Shown here: in pieces, positions 37,954-48,064 of the stretch
How positions within the stretch are numbered: the first letter of the stretch is position 1
Layout: each line of letters begins with the position of its first letter
From: an uncultured Candidatus Saccharibacteria bacterium
GTDB taxonomy: Bacteria > Patescibacteriota > Saccharimonadia > CAILAD01 > BJGX01
DNA length: 64,000 bases
Assembly (NCBI GenBank): GCA_964390265.1
Contig: CAYMHI010000001.1
Location: 8,345-72,344 of the forward strand
Direction: 5' to 3'
Notes under the pieces: model-generated
The model's database searches: none
What the model saw: the letters and a program-made list of their open reading frames with translations, nothing else
What the model was told of the DNA's origin: nothing
Made by a program: the position numbers and the translations under genes

Positions 37954-38481
37954 ATGTCTCTACTAGATATTCCTTATGGCGAAAATGCGCCAAAAATTGT
38001 CAATACTGTAATAGAAAACCCCAAAGGTAGTCGGCTCAAGATAGAGTTTGAGCGCGAGCTGGGTAATTTTGTACTCGACAGAGTGCACCAAACTCACTTA
38101 GGTAGCCCGAGCGACTATGGTTTTATACCTTCTACTTTAGACGAAGATGGCGATGCGCTCGATATGCTACTTATTAGTGATGACCCTATGCCGATGGGAT
38201 TAATTGTGCCGACTCGCGTAATTGGCGTAATGTACATGGTAGATAGTGGCGAAGTTGATAACAAACTTATTGGTGTACCTAGCGATGATAAGCACTATGA
38301 TGATATAAAATCTTTAGACGACATTGCTGAACACTGGAAACACGCCGTACGCCATTATTTTGAACACTACAAAGACTTAAAGGGTGATGTAGTAGAGATT
38401 AAGGGTTTTGCTGGCTACGATGAAGCTAAGGTTATTTTTGAAGAGTGCGTAGAACGCTACAACCAAGAGTTTAAAAAATAA
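37954..38481 (+). CDS. ppa: Inorganic pyrophosphatase, family I
   Basis: YGFIP.TL.EDGDALD, D.GE.D.K, HYFEHYK.L. Confidence 0.95.
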   Translation: MSLLDIPYGENAPKIVNTVIENPKGSRLKIEFERELGNFVLDRVHQTHLGSPSDYGFIPSTLDEDGDALDMLLISDDPMPMGLIVPTRVIGVMYMVDSGEVDNKLIGVPSDDKHYDDIKSLDDIAEHWKHAVRHYFEHYKDLKGDVVEIKGFAGYDEAKVIFEECVERYNQEFKK

Positions 38482-38507
38482 CCCTTCATTGTAGAAGAGT
38501 TAAATAA

Positions 38508-38858
38508 CTACTCTTGTGGTCTAACGGCAAGGAGAATATCGTAATTGCCATTTACCAGACTGGCATTGTGTGTTACGGCCTGCACTTGAGCGTAGGCTCC
38601 AGTAGTCAGGCCATCTTGGTCGCGCAGTGCCCGTGAGTGTGTCTGTCCTCGCCTGAGCCTACTCAGTCTTAAGCGGCGCTCACTGCCGTTGTGGGCTTGC
38701 ATGAAGTGAATAAGTAGTCTGTGTTCGGCAACAGCTAGCGAAACATGAGCAAATAGAGTTAACTGCCAGTGCTCTACTGATGGATCGAATGGGCAAACGT
38801 ATTGCACAACCGGCCAGGGGCAGGTGATGCGTTCCTCGTCTCTGACTTGGTAGGTCAA
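38508..38858 (-). CDS. Hypothetical protein
   Basis: TTG start at 38858 after AAGGAG, in frame with the listed ORF. Confidence 0.45.
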   Translation of the reverse strand: MTYQVRDEERITCPWPVVQYVCPFDPSVEHWQLTLFAHVSLAVAEHRLLIHFMQAHNGSERRLRLSRLRRGQTHSRALRDQDGLTTGAYAQVQAVTHNASLVNGNYDILLAVRPQE

Positions 38859-38962
38859 GGCTTTCTCCTTTGGCGTAGTGATTAGGTGCTGCGCTATATA
38901 GTACCATTTATTAGCACTATTTACAATTATTTTGCTGCGCCTATCTGTAGTACAATAAGCGT

Positions 38963-41119
38963 ATGACACAAGTTTTAGATAGTTTAAACGAAGAGCAGCG
39001 CGAGGCGGTATTAGCTACCGAGGGGCCAGTCTTAATGCTAGCAGGTGCTGGTAGTGGAAAAACTAAAACCCTCACCCATCGTCTGGCGTATTTAGTACAA
39101 GAAAAAAAGGTCGACCCAGCAAATATCTTGGCGGTAACTTTTACCAACAAAGCCGCCGGCGAGATGCGCCGTAGAGTAGCAAGAATATTAAAGTTCGATG
39201 AAGACAATACCCAGTATATGCCATTCTTAGGTACCTTTCACTCAATAGCAAATAAAATTTTACGACGCGAGGCTGCGCAGATTGGTTACAGTAGCAATTT
39301 TATTATTTACGATTCAACCGATAGTCATGCACTTATCAAAAAGATTATCAAAGACCTTAAGCTTGATGAAAAACAAATTACCCCCAATGGCGTGGCCAAT
39401 GTAATATCGAGCGCCAAAAACGAACTCATTGGCCCGGGTGAATACAAACGCTTTGCGACTGGACGACTCCAAGAGGTAGCTGCCGATATATACCCTCGCT
39501 ACCAGCTCGAGCTACAAAAGGCCGAGGCTATGGATTTTGATGATCTAATTATGAAATTAACGATAATGCTCGAGGAGCAAAAAGAAATTAGAGACAAATA
39601 TCAGCATCAGTTTCAATACATAATGGTAGACGAGTACCAAGACACAAACCATGCTCAATACAAACTTATTCAAATACTTGGTTCACAACATCAAAATGTC
39701 TGTGTAGTAGGCGATGACTGGCAAAGCATTTACTCATGGCGGGGCGCTAATTACGAAAATATATTAAACTTTGAAAAAGATTATCCCGAGGCCAAAATAG
39801 TTAAACTTGAGCGTAATTACCGCAGTACCCAGACCATTCTAGATGCTGCCGGAGCAGTGATAAGTAAAAACTCGGCCCGCTCAGACAAAAAGCTTTGGAC
39901 CGACGCCACACAGGGTGAAAAAATTCAAGCTGTGTCGGTGCGAGATGAGCTAGAAGAAGGGCGCTATATTGTCCATACTATTCAAGAGGTAATTAAACTC
40001 AACCCACGCCTAAGCTTGCACGACTTTGCTGTACTTTACCGCACCAATGCCCAGTCGCGCAGCTTAGAAGAATCATTTCTGCGTTATGGTCTTGCCTATC
40101 AAATAATTGGTGGGGTAAGGTTTTATGAACGTAAAGAAATTAAAGATACCTTGGCCTATTTGCGCTTTATATTTCAACCCAATGACCAAGTTAGCCTATA
40201 CAGAATTATCAATCTGCCGCCGCGCGGCTTGGGTGAAAAAAGTTTACAAACCTTCTTTGACTACTCAGCCAAATTTGAGCTGCCCATACTCGAGGCTATG
40301 GCGCAAGCCAACAAGATAGAAGGCCTAAGTGCCAAGGCAACATCTAGCCTGGCCCAGTTTGCTACCACTATAGTTGGCCTGCAAGACCAAATTGGTACTC
40401 TGGTAGTTAGCGAGTTTATAGAGGCCGTGCTAAAGCGCACTGGTTACCTAGAATATTTAGACGACGGTACTATTAGTGCTAGCGAGCGAGTAGGAAACGT
40501 TCGCGAGCTACTAAGTGTAGCAAAAGCCTATAACAATCTAAGCCTAGAAGAATTCTTAACAGAGATAAGCCTAATATCAGATCTTGATAGTCTGCGTGAT
40601 AGTAACGGCGCAGTTACGTTAATGACTCTGCACTCTGCAAAGGGGTTAGAGTTTGACACCGTCTTTATGGTTGGTTTAGAGGAAGGTATATTCCCACACA
40701 GCCGTACGTTTTTTGAACCCAGTGAACTTGAAGAAGAGCGGCGACTTTGTTACGTGGGTATGACGCGAGCCAAGCATAGATTATATATGCTAAGTGCTAA
40801 TGCCAGACTTTTGTACGGTACCACCCAGCATAATGTTCCCTCGCGGTTTTTATCTGAAATACCTGCCGATTTAATTAGCCACAGCGGAAAGATAGATACA
40901 CAATTTCATGGATCACAAAGTAGCGTAGATAACACCAGTGCTTTTGACGACGAGCCATTTGTTGAAATACCACAACTCAAGCCTGGCGATAAAGTTCACC
41001 ACGCAACTTTTGGCAACGGCTCGGTTATAAAAATTGATGAGCTTGAGGCTAGTATAAATTTTAAATCGGTAGGTCAAAAAACTCTCAATCTTAACTTTGC
41101 TAATGTGACCAAACTTTGA
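38963..41119 (+). CDS. pcrA: UvrD/PcrA helicase
   Basis: AGAGSGKT, TFTNKAA, VDEYQDTN, GDDWQSIY, NYRS, TLHSAKGLEF, C-terminal Tudor-like domain. Confidence 0.96.
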   Translation: MTQVLDSLNEEQREAVLATEGPVLMLAGAGSGKTKTLTHRLAYLVQEKKVDPANILAVTFTNKAAGEMRRRVARILKFDEDNTQYMPFLGTFHSIANKILRREAAQIGYSSNFIIYDSTDSHALIKKIIKDLKLDEKQITPNGVANVISSAKNELIGPGEYKRFATGRLQEVAADIYPRYQLELQKAEAMDFDDLIMKLTIMLEEQKEIRDKYQHQFQYIMVDEYQDTNHAQYKLIQILGSQHQNVCVVGDDWQSIYSWRGANYENILNFEKDYPEAKIVKLERNYRSTQTILDAAGAVISKNSARSDKKLWTDATQGEKIQAVSVRDELEEGRYIVHTIQEVIKLNPRLSLHDFAVLYRTNAQSRSLEESFLRYGLAYQIIGGVRFYERKEIKDTLAYLRFIFQPNDQVSLYRIINLPPRGLGEKSLQTFFDYSAKFELPILEAMAQANKIEGLSAKATSSLAQFATTIVGLQDQIGTLVVSEFIEAVLKRTGYLEYLDDGTISASERVGNVRELLSVAKAYNNLSLEEFLTEISLISDLDSLRDSNGAVTLMTLHSAKGLEFDTVFMVGLEEGIFPHSRTFFEPSELEEERRLCYVGMTRAKHRLYMLSANARLLYGTTQHNVPSRFLSEIPADLISHSGKIDTQFHGSQSSVDNTSAFDDEPFVEIPQLKPGDKVHHATFGNGSVIKIDELEASINFKSVGQKTLNLNFANVTKL

Positions 41120-41154
41120 TCTTAATGCGAACACAAATAGTCCGCTAGTCAAGA

Positions 41155-41184
41155 TTGACAGCCCAAAGCATAAGAGAGTACAAT
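41155..41184 (+). promoter_or_regulatory. Sigma70-type promoter
   Basis: TTGACA-18 nt-TACAAT upstream of the rpfB-like gene. Confidence 0.5.
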
Positions 41185-41236
41185 ACTTATCAGGTAAAAA
41201 ACAAAAACATTTTTTAGTAATAAACTTAAAAGTTTT

Positions 41237-42448
41237 GTGAGGCAAATTATTTTACCCAAGCTGCGTGTGAGCGATATTCAGAGAGCTACACATAAAACAA
41301 CAATAGCAAAATCAAATATTGTAAAATCAAAGCCATACACAATCAAAAGAGGACTGATTGTTGCAGGGCTTATTTTTATTTTTATGACACTTAGTTTTAA
41401 TTGGTCTCACGATCAATTTACTAGCAATACTACCGCACTAGCTAGTGATCAGAACTTGGTATCTGTTTACTATGACGGACAAAATAAAACCGTCGCAACT
41501 TCAGCTACAACCGTGGGAGAGGCTCTTGATAAAATGGGTATAAAGCTACAAAAGGGTGATGTCGTCGAGCCAGCGTTAAACGAGTCTATAACTATGGGCG
41601 TTACCAATGTAAATGTGTATAGAGCCTACACCTATCAAATAAGTGATGGCAACAAAGACATTACAGTAACATCTGGCTATCGTACACCCAAAAAAGTGAT
41701 AGAACAGGCCGGGATAAAAATATACCCCGAAGATATTGTTGAATCTGAGAGAGTAGATGAGTTTGTTCAGAGCGAATCGGTTGGGCAACAATTAGTAATA
41801 AAACGCGCAACTCCAGTCACAGTTGTGTTGGCTGGTAAAACTTTTGAGTTTAGAACTCACGCCAAAACCGTCGCAGAACTTATTGAAGAAAAACGACTCG
41901 ATGTAAACGCAAGTGACGGCATTAATATACCTATCTACAGCAAGCTCGAGCCAGGAATGAAAATAATTGTAAGTCAAACCTCTCAAAGGCTTGTTTCTGT
42001 AGAGTCGGTAATTGCACAAACCACAGTTAACCAAACTGACGAAACAAAACCCGTGGGTTATAGTGCCGTTGTAGACCCAGGTAGTCCAGGTAAGAAAGTT
42101 ACTAGCTACTTAGTAACCGAAAGTGATGGGGTTGAACAATCTAGAAGTTTATTTGAAGAGAAAATTACTGTCGAGGCCAAACCCAAAGTGGTTGTTAATG
42201 GTCCGGCAGCACTAAATTCTAACGGCTGGGAACAGCTCAGAATGTGTGAATCGGGTAACAATTACGCAAACAAGCGTAACCCTAAGTATCGCGGAGCTTA
42301 CCAATTTGATTTCTCTACCTGGAATAATTATGGTGGTTACTACGACCCTGCAGATGCTCCACCAGCTGTACAAGACGCAAAGGCTTTAGCTACCTATAAA
42401 GCTCGCGGTGCAAGCCCGTGGCCACTGTGTGGCCGGTATCTTAAGTAG
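41237..42448 (+). CDS. RpfB-like protein (DUF348 repeats, G5, Rpf lytic transglycosylase)
   Basis: TVGEAL repeats, G5-like segment, W..L..CESG, GAYQF...TW, Q...A, PWP.CG. Confidence 0.88.
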   Translation: MRQIILPKLRVSDIQRATHKTTIAKSNIVKSKPYTIKRGLIVAGLIFIFMTLSFNWSHDQFTSNTTALASDQNLVSVYYDGQNKTVATSATTVGEALDKMGIKLQKGDVVEPALNESITMGVTNVNVYRAYTYQISDGNKDITVTSGYRTPKKVIEQAGIKIYPEDIVESERVDEFVQSESVGQQLVIKRATPVTVVLAGKTFEFRTHAKTVAELIEEKRLDVNASDGINIPIYSKLEPGMKIIVSQTSQRLVSVESVIAQTTVNQTDETKPVGYSAVVDPGSPGKKVTSYLVTESDGVEQSRSLFEEKITVEAKPKVVVNGPAALNSNGWEQLRMCESGNNYANKRNPKYRGAYQFDFSTWNNYGGYYDPADAPPAVQDAKALATYKARGASPWPLCGRYLK

Positions 42449-42599
42449 AAGCTAGACGTTTGATGCCCCATGTTAGTTTAAAAATCTATCATTCCTACAA
42501 CGTTATGTGAACAAGACCAAACAGATTACTATAAAAGCCCCACTGCATAAAATGTTGAAGTTAAACACTATAAAGACTTTTTTGCTATGATTAGTGTAT

Positions 42600-43406
42600 A
42601 TGCAAAAAAAGAGTTACTCTAGTAATAAAACTAAGAAATCACTTGGTCAACATTGGCTGTTTGATAAGCCTACCCTACAAACTATAGTTGATACGGCTGG
42701 TATAAATGCAGATGAGGCCATATTGGAGATAGGGCCTGGTCGTGGTTCGCTTACCGAGCTACTGGCACAAAAAGCCAAACAGGTTTTTGCAATAGAAAAA
42801 GACACCGACTTAATTTCTGGCTTAAAAACTATTTTTGCATTGCAAAAAAACGTCCAGATAATTGAGGACGATATACTAGGCTTCAATTTAACTAAGCTAC
42901 CCAAAGACTACAAAGTAGTTGCCAACATACCCTACTACCTTACCTCGGCCCTTATTAGGACACTACTAGAAAGCACTAATCCGCCAAGCTCCATGACCCT
43001 ACTTATTCAAAAAGAAGTAGCCCAGAGTATTGTTGCCGAGCCAGGCCAAATGTCTGTATTGGCTATTAGCGTTCAGTTATATGCAAGGCCACAAATAATT
43101 TCAATAGTTACCAAAGATAAATTTCATCCGCCACCCAAAGTAGACTCAGCAATTATTAGTATTGTACGGCAAAACAAACTAACCATAGATGTGAACCCTG
43201 CTAAATTTATGCGTCTGGTAAAAGCTGGTTTTTCTCAAAAACGCAAAACGCTTCGTAATAGCCTCTCAGGTGGCTTACATATTAGTGGTGCTGAAGCCGA
43301 AGCATTACTTACTAGCGCCAAAATCGCATTTACTACTCGAGCTCAAGAGTTGAGCCTATCTCAGTGGAAGAACCTATACGATCAATTTGTAACTAATTAT
43401 TCTTAA
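42600..43406 (+). CDS. rsmA: 16S rRNA dimethyltransferase
   Basis: KKSLGQHWL, LEIGPG.G.LT, NIPYYLT, QKEVA, PPPKVDSA. Confidence 0.96.
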   Translation: MQKKSYSSNKTKKSLGQHWLFDKPTLQTIVDTAGINADEAILEIGPGRGSLTELLAQKAKQVFAIEKDTDLISGLKTIFALQKNVQIIEDDILGFNLTKLPKDYKVVANIPYYLTSALIRTLLESTNPPSSMTLLIQKEVAQSIVAEPGQMSVLAISVQLYARPQIISIVTKDKFHPPPKVDSAIISIVRQNKLTIDVNPAKFMRLVKAGFSQKRKTLRNSLSGGLHISGAEAEALLTSAKIAFTTRAQELSLSQWKNLYDQFVTNYS

Positions 43407-43457
43407 GTAGTAACTGTTATAACAAAATCAGATGAGGCTTATGCTAAAATGTATAGT

Positions 43458-45419
43458 ATGAAATTTAGAGAGGCATTTGGCCGCCTAACCTGGTTGGCGC
43501 TCATCACATTTATTGGTGTAAGTATATTATTATTTGGGCTACCGACTAAGTTAAATGCAGCAGAGGAGTTTAGTTATGATGTTGCAGCAGTGTACCACGT
43601 TCAAACAGACTCCACCACTCGAGTAGAAGAAACCTATACTGTTACCAACAATGTAGATAATCGCTATCTTGAAGGTATACAACTCTCGGCCCCTGTAGAT
43701 GATACCAAAAACGTATCAGTTGAATATGCCGATGGCACCAACATACCATTTACCACAGAGCTTAAAAAATCTGAGAGTCAAGGCTATAGCTACAATTACA
43801 CCGAAATAAAGATACAATTTAGCAGGTCAAATAATGGTCGTGGAGCTAAATGGAAATTTATTGTCAGCTACGATACCAACAAGCTTGCCGAATCCAAAGG
43901 CAGCGCACACACCGTCAGTGTTCCTGCCGTGCCACAAGACAACACTAGCGAATACTCTATTACACTCTATGTGCCACAAGAATTTGGTGTTATGCATACC
44001 ACTGGCGTAGAGCCAACAAGTCTGGGTGGCTCACGTGGTGAATCGGTGTATAGATACGACAATAAATCACTGTTAAAAAAGTCCTCTCTATTAGTTTTTG
44101 GTGACAGCACCATATATGAGGTAAATTTTAAGTATCCACTCAATAATGATTCTAGTTTTACTGCTAGTATGACTATTACATTACCGCCCAATACCTCTGG
44201 TCAACAGATATATATCAAAAATCTAGATCCTCAACCCAAATCAACGCGTTTAGATGGTGATGGCAACGTAATTGCTCAATACGATGTTCCGGCGCGCACC
44301 AAAATCACGGTAAATGCCGATGTAGTGGGTTTGATAAGTTATATAGACTACAATCTCTCAGCTAGTGGCACCAAAGCCGATATTCCAAAAGACTTGGTAG
44401 CAACCTACACTAGCTCGCAACAGTATTGGCCAGCCAATGACCCGTCAATTGTCGCCAAAGCCCGGGAGTTAACCAAAGATAAAAAAACTGTTGCCGACCA
44501 AGTAAAGGCTATTAATGATTATGTAGTATCTAAGCTAAGCTACAACAATGAGAAAATTAAATATAATATTCGCCAAGGGGGTCTTAAAGCTCTACAAAAC
44601 CCCACGAATGTAGTCTGCCTGGAATATTCAGACTCCACCATTAGCTTGCTGCGAGCCGCCGGAATACCTGCGCGCATGCCAATTGGCTATGGTTATTCAG
44701 GCAGCCTTAAGCAATCCAACTCTGTCAATGATTCGCTGCACTCTTGGGTGCAAGCCTATGTGCCCAATATTGGCTGGATGAATATTGACCCTACCTGGAA
44801 TGAAAAATTTGATAATTTTGGTTCGAGCGACCTTGATCACTTTACTTTTGCTTTGTGGGGAGTGAGCGACAACACGCCAGCACCAGTTATGCAGAACGGC
44901 AAAGATACCAACTATCAGTACGAGGATACTACTATTGCCTACAAAAGTACGCCACCGGTTTTGCAACCAAGTAGTAAAATGACCGTTCAAAAATGGGTGT
45001 TGTTACCGTTCGTAGGGCTAACCAAGTTTGATGTGGTAGCTCCAAGTACTACAGCAGGCGATAACTATATTATCACTACCAGACAAGGCACCCAAAAAGA
45101 CACTATAGAGCTTGGGTCGCTTGCACCAGCCCAAAGTCGTAGTCGTGCAGTTTTTATCGTGGGTGCTGCGGCGTGGGGAAGTGTGAGTGCCGATTTTACT
45201 CAAAGCGGAAACGCATCGGTAATACTAGCCAGCACCAAAGTAAATGCCCAGAGCTGGCCAATGTGGTTACTACTGATTGTGACAGCTGGAATAGTTACGC
45301 TATTTCTGATACAATCCAATTTACGAAAAAAACACAAGCTTAGTAAAATAACCGCCAAGCCAGTACCGACCATTAAAACCGCACCAGAGGAAAGCAGCAG
45401 TGAAAAACCCACCAAATAA
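43458..45419 (+). CDS. Membrane-anchored transglutaminase-like protein
   Basis: Signal peptide, VCLEYS, LRAAGIPAR, HSWVQ.Y, GW...DPTW; C-terminal TM. Confidence 0.88.
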   Translation: MKFREAFGRLTWLALITFIGVSILLFGLPTKLNAAEEFSYDVAAVYHVQTDSTTRVEETYTVTNNVDNRYLEGIQLSAPVDDTKNVSVEYADGTNIPFTTELKKSESQGYSYNYTEIKIQFSRSNNGRGAKWKFIVSYDTNKLAESKGSAHTVSVPAVPQDNTSEYSITLYVPQEFGVMHTTGVEPTSLGGSRGESVYRYDNKSLLKKSSLLVFGDSTIYEVNFKYPLNNDSSFTASMTITLPPNTSGQQIYIKNLDPQPKSTRLDGDGNVIAQYDVPARTKITVNADVVGLISYIDYNLSASGTKADIPKDLVATYTSSQQYWPANDPSIVAKARELTKDKKTVADQVKAINDYVVSKLSYNNEKIKYNIRQGGLKALQNPTNVVCLEYSDSTISLLRAAGIPARMPIGYGYSGSLKQSNSVNDSLHSWVQAYVPNIGWMNIDPTWNEKFDNFGSSDLDHFTFALWGVSDNTPAPVMQNGKDTNYQYEDTTIAYKSTPPVLQPSSKMTVQKWVLLPFVGLTKFDVVAPSTTAGDNYIITTRQGTQKDTIELGSLAPAQSRSRAVFIVGAAAWGSVSADFTQSGNASVILASTKVNAQSWPMWLLLIVTAGIVTLFLIQSNLRKKHKLSKITAKPVPTIKTAPEESSSEKPTK

Positions 45420-46830
45420 TACATTCTATGTAACGACCTCAATCCCATACGTGAACGACAAGCCACATATTGGACATCTCTTAGAATTTATACAAGCCGA
45501 CGTCTTAGCTCGCTACCACCGCGGCATAGGTGACGATACTTTTTTATTGACTGGTACCGATGAGCATGGCCAAAAGATATTTGAAGCGGCTCAAAAAGCT
45601 AATGTAGACACCAAGACTTTTGCCGCCAAAAACTCAGAGCTATTTTTGGAAATGGCTAAGCTAGCGGGAATGTCTAACGATTACTTTGTTCGTACCACAG
45701 ATCAACGTCACAAAGATGCGGCTCAAAAAATATGGCAAGCTTGCCAAAAGGATATTTATAAAGGCACATACTCGGGATTATATTGCACTGGTTGCGAGCA
45801 GTATTACACACAACGAGAAAGCGTTGATGGTAACTGCCCAATCCACCATACTAGCTTAGAAAATTTAGAAATGGAAAGTTACTTTTTTGCTTTGAGTAAG
45901 TATCAATCAGAAATATCCAGACTAATTGAAAATAACGAGCTACAAATAATTCCCCAAAAGCGTCGTAATGAAATGGCTCAATTTGCCAAAAATCTTGAAG
46001 ATGTAAGTATTTCAAGGCCCAAAACTGCTCTTAAATGGGGGGTGGAGGTGCCGGACGACCCCAGCCATGTCATGTATGTGTGGTTTGATGCACTCACCAA
46101 CTACATATCGGCTGTTGGCTATAGCGATGACACCAAGATGTTTGATAATTTCTGGCCTGCCGATGTTCATATAATTGGAAAAGACATAGCGCGCTTTCAC
46201 TGCCTACTTTGGCCCGCCATGCTTTTGAGTGCCGGTTTGCAGCCTCCAAAAAAAGTATATATTCACGGTTTTATACAAAGCGGAAATCAAAAAATGAGTA
46301 AAAGTCTAGGGAATGTTATTGACCCAAAAGAATACATGAATAAGTATGGGGTTGATCCTCTTCGTTATTATTTACTTAGATATATTCCATATGATAACGA
46401 TGGCGATTTCACCGACGAGCGATTTGTGGAGATGTACAATTCAGACTTAGCCAACAACCTTGGTAACTTGGTGGCACGTACTGCTACTATGCTTTCTAAA
46501 TATTGCGGGGGCAAGTTTAATCGAGTTGAAACAATACAAATTAGTGGCCTTGAAGACGATATTGCTGACTGCGCATTTAATAAATATTTAGATAAACTAT
46601 TTAATCGACTAGATAGTCTTAATGCAGCAATTGAACAAAACAAACCATGGGAAATGATAAACAACGATAAATCCAAAACCGAAGAGTTTTTGAGTAGCCT
46701 AGCTTGCGAGATCGATGTCATTGCTAACAAGCTAAGACCATTTATGCCAAGCACTGCCGATAAAATTACTCAAACTTTTAAACACGATCAAGTAGATTTG
46801 TCAGTGGGCAATCTTTTTCCCAGACTATAA
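45400..46830 (+). CDS. metG: Methionine--tRNA ligase, short form
   Basis: IPYVN..PHIGH, GTDEHG, YVWFDAL, GKDI, KMSKS. Confidence 0.97.
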   Translation: MKNPPNNTFYVTTSIPYVNDKPHIGHLLEFIQADVLARYHRGIGDDTFLLTGTDEHGQKIFEAAQKANVDTKTFAAKNSELFLEMAKLAGMSNDYFVRTTDQRHKDAAQKIWQACQKDIYKGTYSGLYCTGCEQYYTQRESVDGNCPIHHTSLENLEMESYFFALSKYQSEISRLIENNELQIIPQKRRNEMAQFAKNLEDVSISRPKTALKWGVEVPDDPSHVMYVWFDALTNYISAVGYSDDTKMFDNFWPADVHIIGKDIARFHCLLWPAMLLSAGLQPPKKVYIHGFIQSGNQKMSKSLGNVIDPKEYMNKYGVDPLRYYLLRYIPYDNDGDFTDERFVEMYNSDLANNLGNLVARTATMLSKYCGGKFNRVETIQISGLEDDIADCAFNKYLDKLFNRLDSLNAAIEQNKPWEMINNDKSKTEEFLSSLACEIDVIANKLRPFMPSTADKITQTFKHDQVDLSVGNLFPRL

Positions 46831-46851
46831 ATATGCTTAGGAGAATTATAA

Positions 46852-47283
46852 ATGAATAAAGATAAAATATATCAATTTATTAAATCAGAAAAATACGCCG
46901 TAATTTCATCTATTAACAACGCCAGTCATCCTGAGTCTGCTTTGGTGGCATTTTCAGAAAAAGAAGAGCTCGAGATAATTTTCGCTAGCAATGATAGTAG
47001 CCGTAAAATTCAAAATATTTTACTCAACCCTAATGTATCGCTTGTAATTGGCTTTGGCAAAGACCATCTTACTAGCGTACAAATAGAGGGAACGGCAAGA
47101 ATATTAAAATTAGAAGACGCCGAAGAGTATGTAGAGCTTCACACTCAAAAACAGCCTGAATTTAAAGAGTTAATTCATTATGAAGGTGAATGTGTAGTAG
47201 TACTCACTCCTTTTTGGGCTCGTTACACAAACTATTCTAGTAAAACACCAGAAATATTTGAGGAATATTACGGTGCTGATTGA
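46852..47283 (+). CDS. Pyridoxamine 5'-phosphate oxidase-like (FMN split barrel) protein
   Basis: AVIS...P....V, SRK..NI..NPNVSL, VQIEG.A. Confidence 0.8.
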   Translation: MNKDKIYQFIKSEKYAVISSINNASHPESALVAFSEKEELEIIFASNDSSRKIQNILLNPNVSLVIGFGKDHLTSVQIEGTARILKLEDAEEYVELHTQKQPEFKELIHYEGECVVVLTPFWARYTNYSSKTPEIFEEYYGAD

Positions 47284-48064
47284 TAGTCACGCCCATATTC
47301 ATTTTGATGATTATAGCCAAGAAATCCTAAATGTTTTAGACAATGCCAAACAAGTTGGTATTGAGGCGATTATTACTGTAGGGACTAATCAAGACGACTC
47401 ACAAAAGGCAATCGATTTTGCCCTCAACGCCAATACCGTTGCTGTGGCAAAACCAATTAAGTTATATGCCACAGCCGGTATACATCCGCACGATGCAAGC
47501 AATGGACGAGAGGGATTTGAGTATATAAAAGTATTAATTGAAAATAAAAAATATAAAGATGTTTTGGTAGCCATTGGTGAATGTGGCCTAGACTATTTTA
47601 AGAATCTATCGTCTAAGCACGATCAAACAAAAATGCTTGAGTGGCAACTTGAGCTGGCAATGGAGTATAATTTGCCGGTTGTTTTTCATGTCCGCGATGC
47701 TTGGCAAGATTATTTTGCTATTCTCAAAAACTACCCAGACATTCGGGGAGTGATACATAGTTTTACTGGTAGCTCAAGCGAGATTGAGCAAGCTTTGCAA
47801 TATAATTTGTACTTTGGCCTTAACGGTATAGTCACTTTTACCAAAGATTTTGCACAGCTAGAAGCTATCAAAAATATTCCCAACCAAAAGATATTGTTAG
47901 AAACCGACTGTCCATTTTTGACACCTGTGCCGCATCGAGGTAAGCGAAACGAGCCAAGCTACCTATCGGTAATAGGTAAATTTTTGGCCGAACTTAAAAA
48001 TGAAGACTATACTGAATTGACTACGCAATTTACTGCCAACACCAAGGAGTTATTTAGTATATGA
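47273..48064 (+). CDS. tatD: TatD family hydrolase
   Basis: IDSHAH, GIHP, IGECGLDY, H.R, HSF, ETDCP; GTG start after GAGGA. Confidence 0.93.
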   Translation: MLIDSHAHIHFDDYSQEILNVLDNAKQVGIEAIITVGTNQDDSQKAIDFALNANTVAVAKPIKLYATAGIHPHDASNGREGFEYIKVLIENKKYKDVLVAIGECGLDYFKNLSSKHDQTKMLEWQLELAMEYNLPVVFHVRDAWQDYFAILKNYPDIRGVIHSFTGSSSEIEQALQYNLYFGLNGIVTFTKDFAQLEAIKNIPNQKILLETDCPFLTPVPHRGKRNEPSYLSVIGKFLAELKNEDYTELTTQFTANTKELFSI

